From assembly GCA_964483505.1 (NCBI GenBank), contig CAZAAQ010000001.1, positions 3,821 through 52,653 on the forward strand: a stretch of 48,833 bases of DNA, given 5' to 3'. This DNA comes from an uncultured Candidatus Saccharibacteria bacterium. GTDB taxonomy: Bacteria; Patescibacteriota; Saccharimonadia; Saccharimonadales; Saccharimonadaceae. The notes beneath the pieces are model-generated. The model searched no databases and was not told the DNA's origin. It saw only the letters and a list, made by a program, of their open reading frames with translations. How positions within the stretch are numbered: position 1 is the first letter of the stretch; each line of letters opens with the position of its first letter. A program made the translations under genes and the position numbers. Shown here piece by piece: positions 1 through 9,590 of the stretch.

Positions 1-25
1 AATCCACCCGAATCTCTCTAATCGA

Positions 26-34
26 TGTTATAAT
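26..34 (+). promoter_or_regulatory. extended -10 box TGTTATAAT, 8 nt upstream of murD ATG
   Basis: TGnTATAAT match read directly. No SD between the box and the ATG at 43. Confidence 0.45.
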
Positions 35-42
35 TTTAATCA

Positions 43-1341
43 ATGCAAAACACTACTAAACAAGCCATTATTGATTATCTAACTGACAAAAGTCTTTTAA
101 TTTTAGGCTATGGCAGAGAAGGAAAGAGTGCGCTCCAGTTCATCCAACAGAATTTACCAACCGCAACTGTTGCCGTAGCTGACCAAGCCACCATTGACTT
201 GCCGGGCGTTAGAACTATCTCTGGTCCAGATTATCTCCAAGCCGTTAATGATTATGATCTTGTCATCAAATCGCCTGGCGTCGTTATCGAAGATGCGCTA
301 AGCACTGAGCAAAAGCAAAAACTCACCTCTATTACTGATTTATTTTTGCGATTTTGCCCGAACTCAATTATTGGCATCACCGGCACCAAGGGAAAGAGCA
401 CAACCGCCTCACTCACCTACCATATTCTAAAGACCTGTGGCAAAAATGCTCTATTAGTTGGCAATATCGGCAAACCATGTTTCGACGTGCTCGACGAGAT
501 AGCGCCGGATTCCATCATCGTTTTCGAACTATCCTGCCACCAACTCGAGTTTGTCCAAGCCAGTCCGCATATTGCTATCTTGCTCAATCTTTACGAAGAA
601 CATCTTGATCACTATATTAACGCTGAAGCCTACTATACGGCCAAAAAGAATATCTACGCCCATCAAACTGCCGCCGATTTTCTGATTTATGGCGACATTT
701 TTCAGCACGCTAGCCGGAGCGAAATTGATTATCTACCAATGCATAAGGTTGATTTATATCATGACATGCATATTGAACCACAAGAAGTTCACACCAGTTT
801 GCTCGGCGAACATAACATGTATGATATATTTGCCGCTACCGCTGCTTGTGAAGCCGTCGGCTTAGACCGACAAGACATTTTAGCCGCCGTTGCGTCATTC
901 CACGGCTTGCCACATCGTCTTGAATTTATCGGCAACTACCACCAAATTAATTTTTATAACGATTCCATCGCCACCGCTCAAGAAGCCACCATTAATGGCA
1001 TCAAAGCCCTTAGCAACGTTGATACCGTCATCCTCGGCGGCATGGATCGAGGTCTTGATTATCATCCATTAGTTGATTTTCTCCGCAGTAGTACCGTTCG
1101 CAATGTGCTGCTGCTACCAAACACCGAACAGTCTTTTCAACGCATTTTCAACGAAGCACCTTTCTCACAGAATCTCCGCTTTGCAAAAGACTTAGATGAG
1201 GCCGTCAAACTATCTTATCAGCTTACCGCCGAAGGACACAGTTGCTTACTTTCTCCTGCTGCCGCCAGTTATGGATTTTATAAAAACTTCGAAGCACGCG
1301 GCGACCATTTCCGCCAATTAGTCCAAAAATACGCCAAATAA
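43..1341 (+). CDS. murD: UDP-N-acetylmuramoylalanine--D-glutamate ligase
   Basis: 432-aa ORF with Mur-ligase P-loop GITGTKGKSTT, N-terminal LILGYGREGKS segment and C-terminal GLPHRLE motif. Confidence 0.9.
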   Translation: MQNTTKQAIIDYLTDKSLLILGYGREGKSALQFIQQNLPTATVAVADQATIDLPGVRTISGPDYLQAVNDYDLVIKSPGVVIEDALSTEQKQKLTSITDLFLRFCPNSIIGITGTKGKSTTASLTYHILKTCGKNALLVGNIGKPCFDVLDEIAPDSIIVFELSCHQLEFVQASPHIAILLNLYEEHLDHYINAEAYYTAKKNIYAHQTAADFLIYGDIFQHASRSEIDYLPMHKVDLYHDMHIEPQEVHTSLLGEHNMYDIFAATAACEAVGLDRQDILAAVASFHGLPHRLEFIGNYHQINFYNDSIATAQEATINGIKALSNVDTVILGGMDRGLDYHPLVDFLRSSTVRNVLLLPNTEQSFQRIFNEAPFSQNLRFAKDLDEAVKLSYQLTAEGHSCLLSPAAASYGFYKNFEARGDHFRQLVQKYAK

Positions 1342-1403
1342 AGAATCTTTCGCCGAAACTTAAAAAGTATGCCAAAATAAAAGCAAAAGGAGAATTCATA
1401 AAA

Positions 1404-1901
1404 ATGGATTATAGTTACAGTTACTCAACACCAACCGCAACAAGTGATGGGGCTATAGCAGTATTTACGGGAATGTTTGCCGCTTATTGGCTTGTCATGG
1501 TTGCTTTTGCAGTTCTTGCAATCATTGCTAACTGGAAAATCTTCACAAAGGCTGGTAGGGAAGGCTGGAAATCGATTATCCCAATTTACAATATGTGGGT
1601 ATTGTTCGAAATCGCTGGTATGGAAGGAGCACTGTCTCTCTTATTGTTTGTGCCAATCGCCAATCTTGTTGTAACAATTATGGCGTATCTTAAATTAGCC
1701 AAAGCATTTGGCAAGAGCGACGGTTTTGGGATTGGATTAATTTTGCTCAGTCCAATCTTTATGATTATTCTAGCTTTCGATAAATCTGAATATCTATTAG
1801 ACAAACCAGAAGGCGCAACCGCGTCAGCCCAACCAGCGGCTCCAACCGCTCCAGCTGCCCAACCAAAGCCAGAAGACCCATGGGTCAACGGCCAGAACTA
1901 A
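1404..1901 (+). CDS. small multi-pass membrane protein, DUF5684-like
   Basis: 165 aa. The core WKIFTKAGREGWKSIIPIYNMWVLFEIAG followed by hydrophobic helices resembles the DUF5684 family. Pro/Ala-rich tail. SD AAGGAG lies upstream. Confidence 0.6.
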   Translation: MDYSYSYSTPTATSDGAIAVFTGMFAAYWLVMVAFAVLAIIANWKIFTKAGREGWKSIIPIYNMWVLFEIAGMEGALSLLLFVPIANLVVTIMAYLKLAKAFGKSDGFGIGLILLSPIFMIILAFDKSEYLLDKPEGATASAQPAAPTAPAAQPKPEDPWVNGQN

Positions 1902-1921
1902 ATCAAAAATTAATCGCTATA

Positions 1922-1956
1922 AAAAATCTCCCTACATCAATCGGGGAGATTTTTGA
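1922..1956 (+). terminator. intrinsic terminator after the DUF5684-like gene
   Basis: Hairpin AAAATCTCCC / GGGAGATTTT with a 10-11 nt loop, followed by a T-run. Confidence 0.7.
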
Positions 1957-1970
1957 TTCAGACGTTAAAC

Positions 1971-1979
1971 TGATATAAT
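1971..1979 (+). promoter_or_regulatory. extended -10 box TGATATAAT, 7 nt upstream of uvrB GTG
   Basis: Read directly. No SD in the spacer AAAAACC. Confidence 0.45.
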
Positions 1980-1986
1980 AAAAACC

Positions 1987-3957
1987 GTGAATTTCAAGTT
2001 ACATAGTAAATATCAGCCAACTGGCGACCAACCTCAGGCCATCGAAACCCTAATGAATGGGCTGAATCATGGTCAACGTGCGCAGACTTTGCTCGGCGTC
2101 ACTGGTTCCGGCAAAACTTTCACGATGGCAAACATTATTGAAAAATATAATAAACCGACCCTAGTTTTGGCACACAACAAAACGCTCGCCGCTCAGCTAT
2201 ATTCTGAATTCCGTGATTTCTTTCCGGAAAACGAAGTCCATTATTTTGTTTCTTACTTCGATTACTACCAACCAGAAGCTTACATCGCTAGCACCGACAC
2301 CTACATTGAAAAGGATAGCGCCATCAATGAGGAAATTGATCGCTTACGCCACGCTGCTACGGAAGCACTGCTAACCCGTAAAGACACCATCATTGTCGCC
2401 TCCGTTTCTTGTATCTACGGCATTGGCTCGCCGTCCAACTATAAGGCCATGGCAATTCGGCTAGCCAAGGGTGAGCAGCGCGATACTTCGCAATTTATTC
2501 GATTACTAAATGAAATCCAGTATCATCGCAACGACATCGCGTTTGAACGGGGCAACTTTCGTGTACGCGGCGATACAATTGACGTGTTTCCAGCCTCCGG
2601 CGATCGCGCCTATCGACTAGAATTTGGTTTTGGCATACTAGAGAATATCAAGGTTATTGACCCACTAACTGCTGAAGTTCTGGCTGAACCCACCGAAATT
2701 GGAATCTTTCCAAATACTCACTATGCTACGCCGAAAGATTCGCTTGAACTCGCTATCCGTAAAATCCGCGCCGAATACGAAGAACGTGTCAAATATTTTG
2801 ACCAAGAACATAAATATCTTGAAGCTCAACGTTTATCCCAACGCATCAAATATGACCTCGAGATGCTAGAGCAAACCGGCTTCGTAAAAGGTATTGAAAA
2901 CTACTCCCGCCACCTTGATGGTCGCGCCCAAGGGCAACCGCCAGCCACTTTACTAGATTATTTCCCAGAAGAATTTTTGATGATGATTGACGAATCGCAT
3001 ATGACCTTACCGCAAGTCCGCGGTATGTATAACGGCGACCGCGCACGCAAAGAAACTCTCGTCGAATATGGCTTCCGTTTGCCCAGCGCTCTGGATAACC
3101 GCCCGCTCACTTTCGAAGAATTTGATCGCCACATTCATCAAGTCATTTATACTTCTGCCACGCCTGGCGAGTATGAACTTGGGCATAGCCCACGTCCAGC
3201 CGAGCAAGTCATTCGCCCAACTGGTCTATTAGACCCAGAAATCAGCGTGCGCCCAAGCGAAAATCAAATTGATGACTTAGTCGAAGAGATTGACCAGTGC
3301 ATCAGCAAGGGACAACGCGTGCTAGTTACCACTCTAACTAAGCGGATGGCCGAAGATTTATCTGAGCATCTTGTTGAACTCGGTATCAAAACCGCCTACA
3401 TTCACAGCGACATTGATACGCTCGAACGTGGCGATATTTTACATGATTTAAGGGCTGGCACTTATGACGTGCTGGTCGGTATTAACTTATTACGCGAAGG
3501 CCTAGATTTGCCAGAAGTCGCACTGGTTGCCATTCTCGACGCCGACAAAGAAGGCTTTTTGCGCAGTGAGTCGGCCTTAATTCAAACGATTGGTCGCGCC
3601 GCCCGCCACGTTGAAGGCCATGTAATTATGTATGCCGACAACATGACCGGCAGCATGGAACGCGCAATTTCCGAAACCTACCGCCGCCGAGAAATTCAAC
3701 AAAAATACAACGAAGAGCATCACATCACGCCACAAAGCGTCTCCAAAGAGCTTTCCGAAGGTTTGCGTGCCATCATCCCAGAAAAAGAGAAGAGCAATAA
3801 ACTTAATCTCAAGAAAATTCCGCGCGAAGAATTACCAACTATTATCAAAGAACTGAGCTCTCAGATGCAACTTGCTGCCGCGAACTTGGAATTTGAACGT
3901 GCCGCCGAGCTGCGTGACCAAATCGAAGATATCAAAACCGCACTAGAGCACAAATAG
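1987..3957 (+). CDS. uvrB: excinuclease ABC subunit B
   Basis: 656 aa with Walker [14 protein letters not shown] box, helicase C motifs and C-terminal UVR domain ([13 protein letters not shown]). GTG start. Confidence 0.95.
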   Translation: MNFKLHSKYQPTGDQPQAIETLMNGLNHGQRAQTLLGVTGSGKTFTMANIIEKYNKPTLVLAHNKTLAAQLYSEFRDFFPENEVHYFVSYFDYYQPEAYIASTDTYIEKDSAINEEIDRLRHAATEALLTRKDTIIVASVSCIYGIGSPSNYKAMAIRLAKGEQRDTSQFIRLLNEIQYHRNDIAFERGNFRVRGDTIDVFPASGDRAYRLEFGFGILENIKVIDPLTAEVLAEPTEIGIFPNTHYATPKDSLELAIRKIRAEYEERVKYFDQEHKYLEAQRLSQRIKYDLEMLEQTGFVKGIENYSRHLDGRAQGQPPATLLDYFPEEFLMMIDESHMTLPQVRGMYNGDRARKETLVEYGFRLPSALDNRPLTFEEFDRHIHQVIYTSATPGEYELGHSPRPAEQVIRPTGLLDPEISVRPSENQIDDLVEEIDQCISKGQRVLVTTLTKRMAEDLSEHLVELGIKTAYIHSDIDTLERGDILHDLRAGTYDVLVGINLLREGLDLPEVALVAILDADKEGFLRSESALIQTIGRAARHVEGHVIMYADNMTGSMERAISETYRRREIQQKYNEEHHITPQSVSKELSEGLRAIIPEKEKSNKLNLKKIPREELPTIIKELSSQMQLAAANLEFERAAELRDQIEDIKTALEHK

Positions 3958-3987
3958 CCAGCGCGAACATTTCTTTAAAACTGTCTT

Positions 3988-4809
3988 CTATTTTGCTTGA
4001 TGTACATTAATTTGTGGAAACGGTATCGAAATATGAGCACGCTCAAACTCGGCTTTGATCTCTTTACGCAAAGCCCGCTCCACGTCATTATGCTTGTTTG
4101 GCTTACACAGCATACGCACACGCCAAACTACGGCGGAATCCGCAAAATCTTCAATGCCAAGAACCTGCAGCTCGCCTGTTGCGCCCGGTACCACGCCAGT
4201 CACTTTTTGGCCAGCTTGACGGAGCGCATATTCGACTTCCTCGGACTTAGCGTCATATGGCGCGTTCACATCAACTTGTGCCAAAAAATCACCATCCGTA
4301 AAATTAGTCACCTGCGTAATGCCGCGGTTTGCAATCCATTTAATCTGTCCGCGATAGTTCCGGATCGTTGTGGTTTTTAGACCAAGGCCAATCACTTCGC
4401 CCTCAAAGCCATCAATTTCAACCACGTCGCCCACATCATATTCACCTTCCGTGATAATCGAAACACCAGCAATAATATCCGTTGCAAAATCTTTTAGCGC
4501 TAAACCAGCTAACAAAGTAAAAATGCCTAGACCGGCCAGCATCGACGTAACATTTACGCCAAATACCCCTAACACCGCTAGCAATGCAATAAACAATACA
4601 ATATATTTTTCAACGTTGACAATCATACCTTGCATTGTGGCAACGCGCTGGCGTTTTTGCGCACTACGCAAACGTTTGCGCGATTTGCCCATAATTCGCT
4701 TCGTAATATTTTTGATAATCACATAAATGACCACCGCCACCAATATAATCACGACCGGATAGATAATCTTTGTCCAATCAATCGTTTCAAATTTTAATTC
4801 TACTGACAT
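3988..4809 (-). CDS. MscS-family mechanosensitive channel
   Basis: 273 aa with N-terminal TM helices, then GDVVEIDGFEGEVIGLGLKTTTIRNYRGQ, typical of the MscS beta domain. SD GTGAGG lies upstream. Confidence 0.75.
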   Translation of the reverse strand: MSVELKFETIDWTKIIYPVVIILVAVVIYVIIKNITKRIMGKSRKRLRSAQKRQRVATMQGMIVNVEKYIVLFIALLAVLGVFGVNVTSMLAGLGIFTLLAGLALKDFATDIIAGVSIITEGEYDVGDVVEIDGFEGEVIGLGLKTTTIRNYRGQIKWIANRGITQVTNFTDGDFLAQVDVNAPYDAKSEEVEYALRQAGQKVTGVVPGATGELQVLGIEDFADSAVVWRVRMLCKPNKHNDVERALRKEIKAEFERAHISIPFPQINVHQAK

Positions 4810-4876
4810 TCTTGCCTCACTTTTATTGGTTTAAATATACCACAAGCCGACTTCAGTAGCGATTTATCCCTTACAA

Positions 4877-4885
4877 TGCTATAAT
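4877..4885 (+). promoter_or_regulatory. extended -10 box TGCTATAAT, 10 nt upstream of gltX ATG
   Basis: Read directly. Very short or absent leader. Confidence 0.45.
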
Positions 4886-4895
4886 TAGCCTAATT

Positions 4896-6338
4896 ATGGC
4901 AGTTACACGTTTTGCGCCCTCACCGACGGGCTATATCCATATCGGCAATGTTCGTTCCGCGATTTACCCATATCTAATTGCGAAACAGAGCAAAGGCACT
5001 TTTATTTTACGCATCGAAGACACCGATCGCGCTCGCTATGTTGATGGTGCCACCAAACTAATCGAGGACACCTTGACTTGGCTTGGACTTGACTGGGATG
5101 AAGGCCCAGAAAAAGGTGGCGCTCACGGTCCATATTTTCAAACTGAACGCACTGCTATTTATCAAGCATGGGCAGAAAAATTAATCGCCGCTGGCCGTGC
5201 CTACGCCGACCCAACCGATGCCGAAACTATCAACCAATATCGCGCCGAAGCCAACGCCAACAAAGTGCCATTTTTGTATCGTAACTACCGGCCAAATCAG
5301 AATATCACTTGGCAACCTGGCATTCCGCTGCGCTTCAAGGCTCAACCAAAAAGTTATAATTACCACGATGCGGTATTTGGCGATTTGCACATGGGTCCAG
5401 AAACCCAAGATGACATCATTCTAATTAAAGCCGACGGCTTACCAACCTACAACTTTGCGCATATTGTTGATGATGCCACCATGGGCGTAACTCACATCTT
5501 GCGCGGACAAGAATATTTACCAAGCATGGGCAACTATTTAGCCCTCTACGAAGCGCTCAATCTTGAACGCCCAATTTTCGTGCATTTACCGCACATCTTA
5601 GCACCAACTGGCAACAAAAAACTCGGCAAACGTGATGGCGCCAAATCAGCAGCTGATTATCGTACAGACGGCATTTTACCAGAAGCCATGCTGAATTTTC
5701 TTGCCTGCTTAGGCTGGAACGATGGCACTGAACAAGAAATCTACACTAAATCAGAACTTATTGAAAAATTTAGTATTGATCGCATTCAACACGCCGGTGC
5801 TCGATTTGACGAGCAAAAATTACTTTGGCTCAACGGTCAATGGGTCCGTCGTTTATTTGCCGAAGATGCGCGCGCTTTATTCGCCCGCACGGCAGAGTTC
5901 TGGCCAGATAGTGCCCAAAACGCTTCTGAAGATCAAAAATTCCGCATCTTTAGTATTATTTACGACCGTCTAAAAACTCTTTCCGATATTAAAGATATGA
6001 CCAACTATTTCTTCGCTGACCCACAAGTTGATTTGGACATGTTGGCTAACAATAAAGCCCTAAAAAAGCTTTCCGAACAAGAAATGTGCGATTTACTACA
6101 TCAAAGCATCACTAAACTTGACGCTCTCGATGAATGGTCGCCCGAAATGTTGCAACGGTCTCTCAACGAATTATTGACCGAAACCGCACAAAAACCTGCC
6201 ACTTTGTTTGGCCTAATTCGTCTAAGCGTATCTTTTGCGCCGTTTAGCCCAGCTTTGCATGATACGCTCAGCGTCATTGGCAAAGATGCAACTATGGCAA
6301 GACTTAACGCTGTTGTTACTGCATTTAGCCGCGACTAA
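4896..6338 (+). CDS. gltX: glutamate--tRNA ligase
   Basis: 480 aa with class I motifs PSPTGYIHIGN (HIGH-type) and KLGKRDG (KMSKS-type). Confidence 0.92.
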   Translation: MAVTRFAPSPTGYIHIGNVRSAIYPYLIAKQSKGTFILRIEDTDRARYVDGATKLIEDTLTWLGLDWDEGPEKGGAHGPYFQTERTAIYQAWAEKLIAAGRAYADPTDAETINQYRAEANANKVPFLYRNYRPNQNITWQPGIPLRFKAQPKSYNYHDAVFGDLHMGPETQDDIILIKADGLPTYNFAHIVDDATMGVTHILRGQEYLPSMGNYLALYEALNLERPIFVHLPHILAPTGNKKLGKRDGAKSAADYRTDGILPEAMLNFLACLGWNDGTEQEIYTKSELIEKFSIDRIQHAGARFDEQKLLWLNGQWVRRLFAEDARALFARTAEFWPDSAQNASEDQKFRIFSIIYDRLKTLSDIKDMTNYFFADPQVDLDMLANNKALKKLSEQEMCDLLHQSITKLDALDEWSPEMLQRSLNELLTETAQKPATLFGLIRLSVSFAPFSPALHDTLSVIGKDATMARLNAVVTAFSRD

Positions 6339-6378
6339 TTAATCAAAATTCAGCCAAAATTATACTTTATTGCGCTTA

Positions 6379-6387
6379 TGCTATAAT
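6379..6387 (+). promoter_or_regulatory. extended -10 box TGCTATAAT, 6 nt upstream of ATG 6394
   Basis: Read directly. The box lies inside the upstream extension (from 6370) of the ORF-track call, which argues for the ATG at 6394 as the true start. Confidence 0.5.
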
Positions 6388-6393
6388 TATCTT

Positions 6394-7731
6394 ATGGATA
6401 AACGCAATAGGTCCGGATCCGGCGCGCATAAGATTCGCGTCCGCACCGAAGACGACGAAGACAACACTTTAGCAAAGTTATATTCCGAAAGCGAATTTAC
6501 GCACGACAATGCGGCACCCGACGATGAAAAAGCTGCCGAAGTCAACGCTGACCTTAGTGATTTTATTGACAACGCCGGCAAAAAACTTAAGGATGAAGAC
6601 GAGGTCCCAGCTAAAGCAGGCCGTCAAAAAGCCAAAAAACCAAAAGCAAAACATTCTAGCTCAACTTTCAAAAAAATCCTAAAAGTCGCCATTCCGCTAC
6701 TCATTATTGTTGCAGCCGGCACCGCAATTACGCTAGCATTCTTCCGCCCAGCCATTACTATTGGTGAATCTGACCAGGGCAACGCTACCACCACCGAAGC
6801 CGACAAAATTTATTATTCGCCACTCACGGGTAACGAGGTTAAAGATGCCGCGACCGTTACTTCTGCTGTCACTTGCGTCATGATTGAAAATAGCATCGAC
6901 GCTAGGCCACAATCTGGGCTAGATCAAGCTGGCGTTGTTTACGAAGCAATTGCCGAAGGCGGCATTACGCGGTTTATGGCGCTTTTTCAAGAAGCTAAAC
7001 CGCAGTACATCGGACCAGTTCGCAGTGTCCGCCTAACTTATGCCGAATTAGCTAAACCATACCAATGTTCAATCGCTCACGTCGGTGGTTCTGGCAATGC
7101 GCTCAATCTTATCCGCAACAGCTCCAACGGTTATCGTGATATTGATCAATATTTTAACGGCAGTTTCTATTGGCGCATTAGCAGCCGTCGCGCTCCGCAC
7201 AATGTCTACACTAGTTTCGAAAAGCTCGACCAGCTCAACTTCAACAAAGGCTATACTACCTCCAATTTCAAAGGATTCGCTCGCGTCAGTCCAGACGAAG
7301 CACCTGCCGCCAGTGAGCAAAACGCTACTACCATTAACATCACTATGTCTTCCAACTCGTATAATCCAGTTTTCAATTACGATGCCGTTTCTAACACCTA
7401 TAAACGTTCACACGTCTCCGGCGGCCCACATCTAGTGGTCGACGGTAGCGGCGCAAAAGTGCAATTAGCACCAACCGTAGTTATCGCAATGAAAGTGAAT
7501 CCAATTACTCGCACTTCAGAAACTCGCTTTAGTGATTACACCACTACCGGCTCTGGCGATGCTTTTGTCTTCCAAAATGGTTCTGTCACGGCAGCCACCT
7601 GGCAACGTGCTGACGTCAATTCTGAATTAAAATTCGTCGACAAAACTACCGGTAATGAAATCTTGTTAAATCGCGGCCAAACTTGGATTAGTCTTTACCC
7701 AAGTCGAGGTGGCGCTGTCACTTGGAAATAA
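6394..7731 (+). CDS. membrane-anchored DUF3048-like protein
   Basis: Basic/acidic disordered N-terminus, one TM helix (VAIPLLIIVAAGTAITLAFF), then a domain with YEAIAEGGITRFMALF resembling DUF3048. Confidence 0.6.
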   Translation: MDKRNRSGSGAHKIRVRTEDDEDNTLAKLYSESEFTHDNAAPDDEKAAEVNADLSDFIDNAGKKLKDEDEVPAKAGRQKAKKPKAKHSSSTFKKILKVAIPLLIIVAAGTAITLAFFRPAITIGESDQGNATTTEADKIYYSPLTGNEVKDAATVTSAVTCVMIENSIDARPQSGLDQAGVVYEAIAEGGITRFMALFQEAKPQYIGPVRSVRLTYAELAKPYQCSIAHVGGSGNALNLIRNSSNGYRDIDQYFNGSFYWRISSRRAPHNVYTSFEKLDQLNFNKGYTTSNFKGFARVSPDEAPAASEQNATTINITMSSNSYNPVFNYDAVSNTYKRSHVSGGPHLVVDGSGAKVQLAPTVVIAMKVNPITRTSETRFSDYTTTGSGDAFVFQNGSVTAATWQRADVNSELKFVDKTTGNEILLNRGQTWISLYPSRGGAVTWK

Positions 7732-7744
7732 CAAAGGAGTATAT

Positions 7745-8806
7745 ATGTACGGAGCTTACGATCCCAGTTACAACCCAGAAGTACTAAACAGTAAAGAGCG
7801 CCGGGAAGTTGCGCCGGATAGTCTTGAGGGCCAACGTGCTGCCGCATGGGATAATTTTGCTAATGAAATGGCGACCGAGCAGGGAGCTGAAGAAATTGCC
7901 ACCAGCACCAACGATGGCCTCATCGATGCCTACCAAGAAACTTCAGCCAAAACAGTAGAAGTCCCAGAGCAAAAGCTCAATCAAGGCATTGTCGGCCAAG
8001 AAGTCGTTCAAGAGCAGAACGCCGGTGCCGGCGCCGATCTAGAAGGTGCATATCAAAATCTTCGCGGTTCAATCTCTAACGCCGATTTGCAACAAGCCGT
8101 CACCAAAGAACAACCAGAAATTCAAAAAGTCGAAAACAAAATGGGGCAGCAAACCGCCTATACCGACGAAAGCGAAAATGTTAACAATTACGCGCAATCC
8201 GTTGAAGCTGACAACGACGTCCGCGCCGCATCGCTCAAGGCACTTGACGCCAAGGCCAAGGCCGAACATGCCACAGCCGCTATCAAGGCCGAAACCAATA
8301 ATTCCGAAAGTCTCGCCGAAGACGCCCTTGCTGCCGCCACATCTGCTCAAACCACTGCTGAAACCGCCGAGACTGCTATCGACCGACTCGCCGATACTGA
8401 TAAGGACGACATGGCCGCCAACCGTGAGCTCATCTCACAAGCTAAAGAAATGGCTGCCAATGCTAGGGCTCAAATCACCGCCGCTAAGGAAGATAGCCAG
8501 CCAATCGTTGCAGAGGGACAAACCGATTACGACACTGCCAATGACGACGATATGCCAGCTCCGGAAAATAATGCCACAACTAACTCAGACGAAGAACAAC
8601 CAACTAGTGCCCAAAACCTATTTGAATTTAACAACCAATCAACTACTAGCCAAGAAACGAATTCAACTAATTCCGCCGAGTCTAGCGCCAATGATCAATC
8701 CGCGCTACTCAATCCAGAATTAACCAAAGTCGACAATGCCGAGCGGCGCAAGCTCAAAATTACACCAACCGAACAAGCTGATCTCACACCTGAAGATCTT
8801 AAATAG
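7745..8806 (+). CDS. acidic Ala/Glu/Thr-rich low-complexity protein, function unknown
   Basis: ATG at 7745 preceded by AAAGGAG. 353 aa with no recognisable domain. Confidence 0.5.
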   Translation: MYGAYDPSYNPEVLNSKERREVAPDSLEGQRAAAWDNFANEMATEQGAEEIATSTNDGLIDAYQETSAKTVEVPEQKLNQGIVGQEVVQEQNAGAGADLEGAYQNLRGSISNADLQQAVTKEQPEIQKVENKMGQQTAYTDESENVNNYAQSVEADNDVRAASLKALDAKAKAEHATAAIKAETNNSESLAEDALAAATSAQTTAETAETAIDRLADTDKDDMAANRELISQAKEMAANARAQITAAKEDSQPIVAEGQTDYDTANDDDMPAPENNATTNSDEEQPTSAQNLFEFNNQSTTSQETNSTNSAESSANDQSALLNPELTKVDNAERRKLKITPTEQADLTPEDLK

Positions 8807-8859
8807 ATAGCCTAAATTTGATTTAAGTTAGTCATCACGCATAATCTGTTTATCAACAA

Positions 8860-8892
8860 AAAATCTCACACTTTCGGCTGTGAGATTTTATT
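8860..8892. terminator. bidirectional intrinsic terminator
   Basis: Hairpin AAAATCTCACA / TGTGAGATTTT with loop CTTTCGGC. A-run and T-run flanks serve the + gene and the - strand tRNA-Glu. Confidence 0.65.
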
Positions 8893-8903
8893 CTACTAAT
8901 TGA

Positions 8904-8980
8904 TGGTGATTCCGGAGGGAGTCGAACCCTCGATTTTCTGGATGAGAACCAGACGTCCTGGACCACTAGACGACGGAACC
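8904..8980 (-). tRNA. tRNA-Glu(CUC)
   Basis: Hand-folded cloverleaf. Acceptor GGTTCCG/CGGAATC, anticodon loop TTCTCAT, T-arm GAGGG-TTCGACT-CCCTC, encoded CCA. Confidence 0.85.
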
Positions 8981-9028
8981 GTTACGCTTATCTTAACAAA
9001 GATAGATATTTTTGTAAACTTGAAAATA

Positions 9029-9037
9029 TGGTATAAT
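9029..9037 (+). promoter_or_regulatory. extended -10 box TGGTATAAT, 6 nt upstream of ATG 9044
   Basis: Read directly. No SD. Confidence 0.5.
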
Positions 9038-9043
9038 TAAACC

Positions 9044-9490
9044 ATGATTTTTCTAAAACGCTACTGGCGAATCATATTTCCAATATTTTTCATCATCGTA
9101 ATTTGGTGTTTTTCCGCCACTAGTGGTGACGCTTCTAATGCTGAATCGCTCAAGGTCGCCTCAATTTTCGGCTTACCGAATGCCGTAATGCGCAAACTCG
9201 CCCATATGGCCTTGTTTGGCGCACTCGGTTATTCCGTGGCTAGTTATATTAAAGGTTTACATACTGCTATCTTCCCAAATGCTCGCATTTTTATTTCTTG
9301 CGTCATTCCAGTTGTCGTTTACGGCGCCATTGACGAAGTCCACCAACTCACCGTTGCAGGACGTAACGCTACTATCAATGACGTAATTATTGACTCCATC
9401 GCGGGCATCTGTGGCGTCCTAGTCTATATTGCCATTTTCTGCTTTTACCGCCGCTGGAAACTTTATCACATTATTCGAAAAAAGAATTAA
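9044..9490 (+). CDS. VanZ-like family membrane protein
   Basis: 148 aa with 4 hydrophobic helices. RKLAHMALFGALGY and DEVHQ motifs are typical of VanZ-like proteins. Confidence 0.65.
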   Translation: MIFLKRYWRIIFPIFFIIVIWCFSATSGDASNAESLKVASIFGLPNAVMRKLAHMALFGALGYSVASYIKGLHTAIFPNARIFISCVIPVVVYGAIDEVHQLTVAGRNATINDVIIDSIAGICGVLVYIAIFCFYRRWKLYHIIRKKN

Positions 9491-9575
9491 CTCGTCATTT
9501 GCCATACCACTAGGCACATGACTTTTTGTTCACTAATCTTTCTATTATATCACACTTTACATACTCTGTCAATTT

Positions 9576-9584
9576 TGCTATACT
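9576..9584 (+). promoter_or_regulatory. extended -10 box TGCTATACT, 6 nt upstream of der ATG
   Basis: Read directly. No SD. Confidence 0.5.
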
Positions 9585-9590
9585 AAGATT

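Noticed and set aside
6370-6393. The TTG start at 6370 for the DUF3048-like gene. Likewise the ORF-track starts 13555 (topA), 7709, 29651 (ftsI), 36118 and 40856 (uvrC).
   Set aside because: In each case a -10 box or an SD lies inside the extension and points to a downstream ATG that yields a canonical N-terminus.
8046-8723. A 225-aa alternative-frame ORF inside the acidic protein gene. Similar long shadow ORFs occur at 10256-10717, 42287-42664, 41891-42283, 47687-48097 and 16092-16526.
   Set aside because: They overlap well-supported genes in other frames or on the opposite strand. They are Pro/Lys/Ser-rich translations of low-complexity or codon-biased sequence, and they have no start signals.
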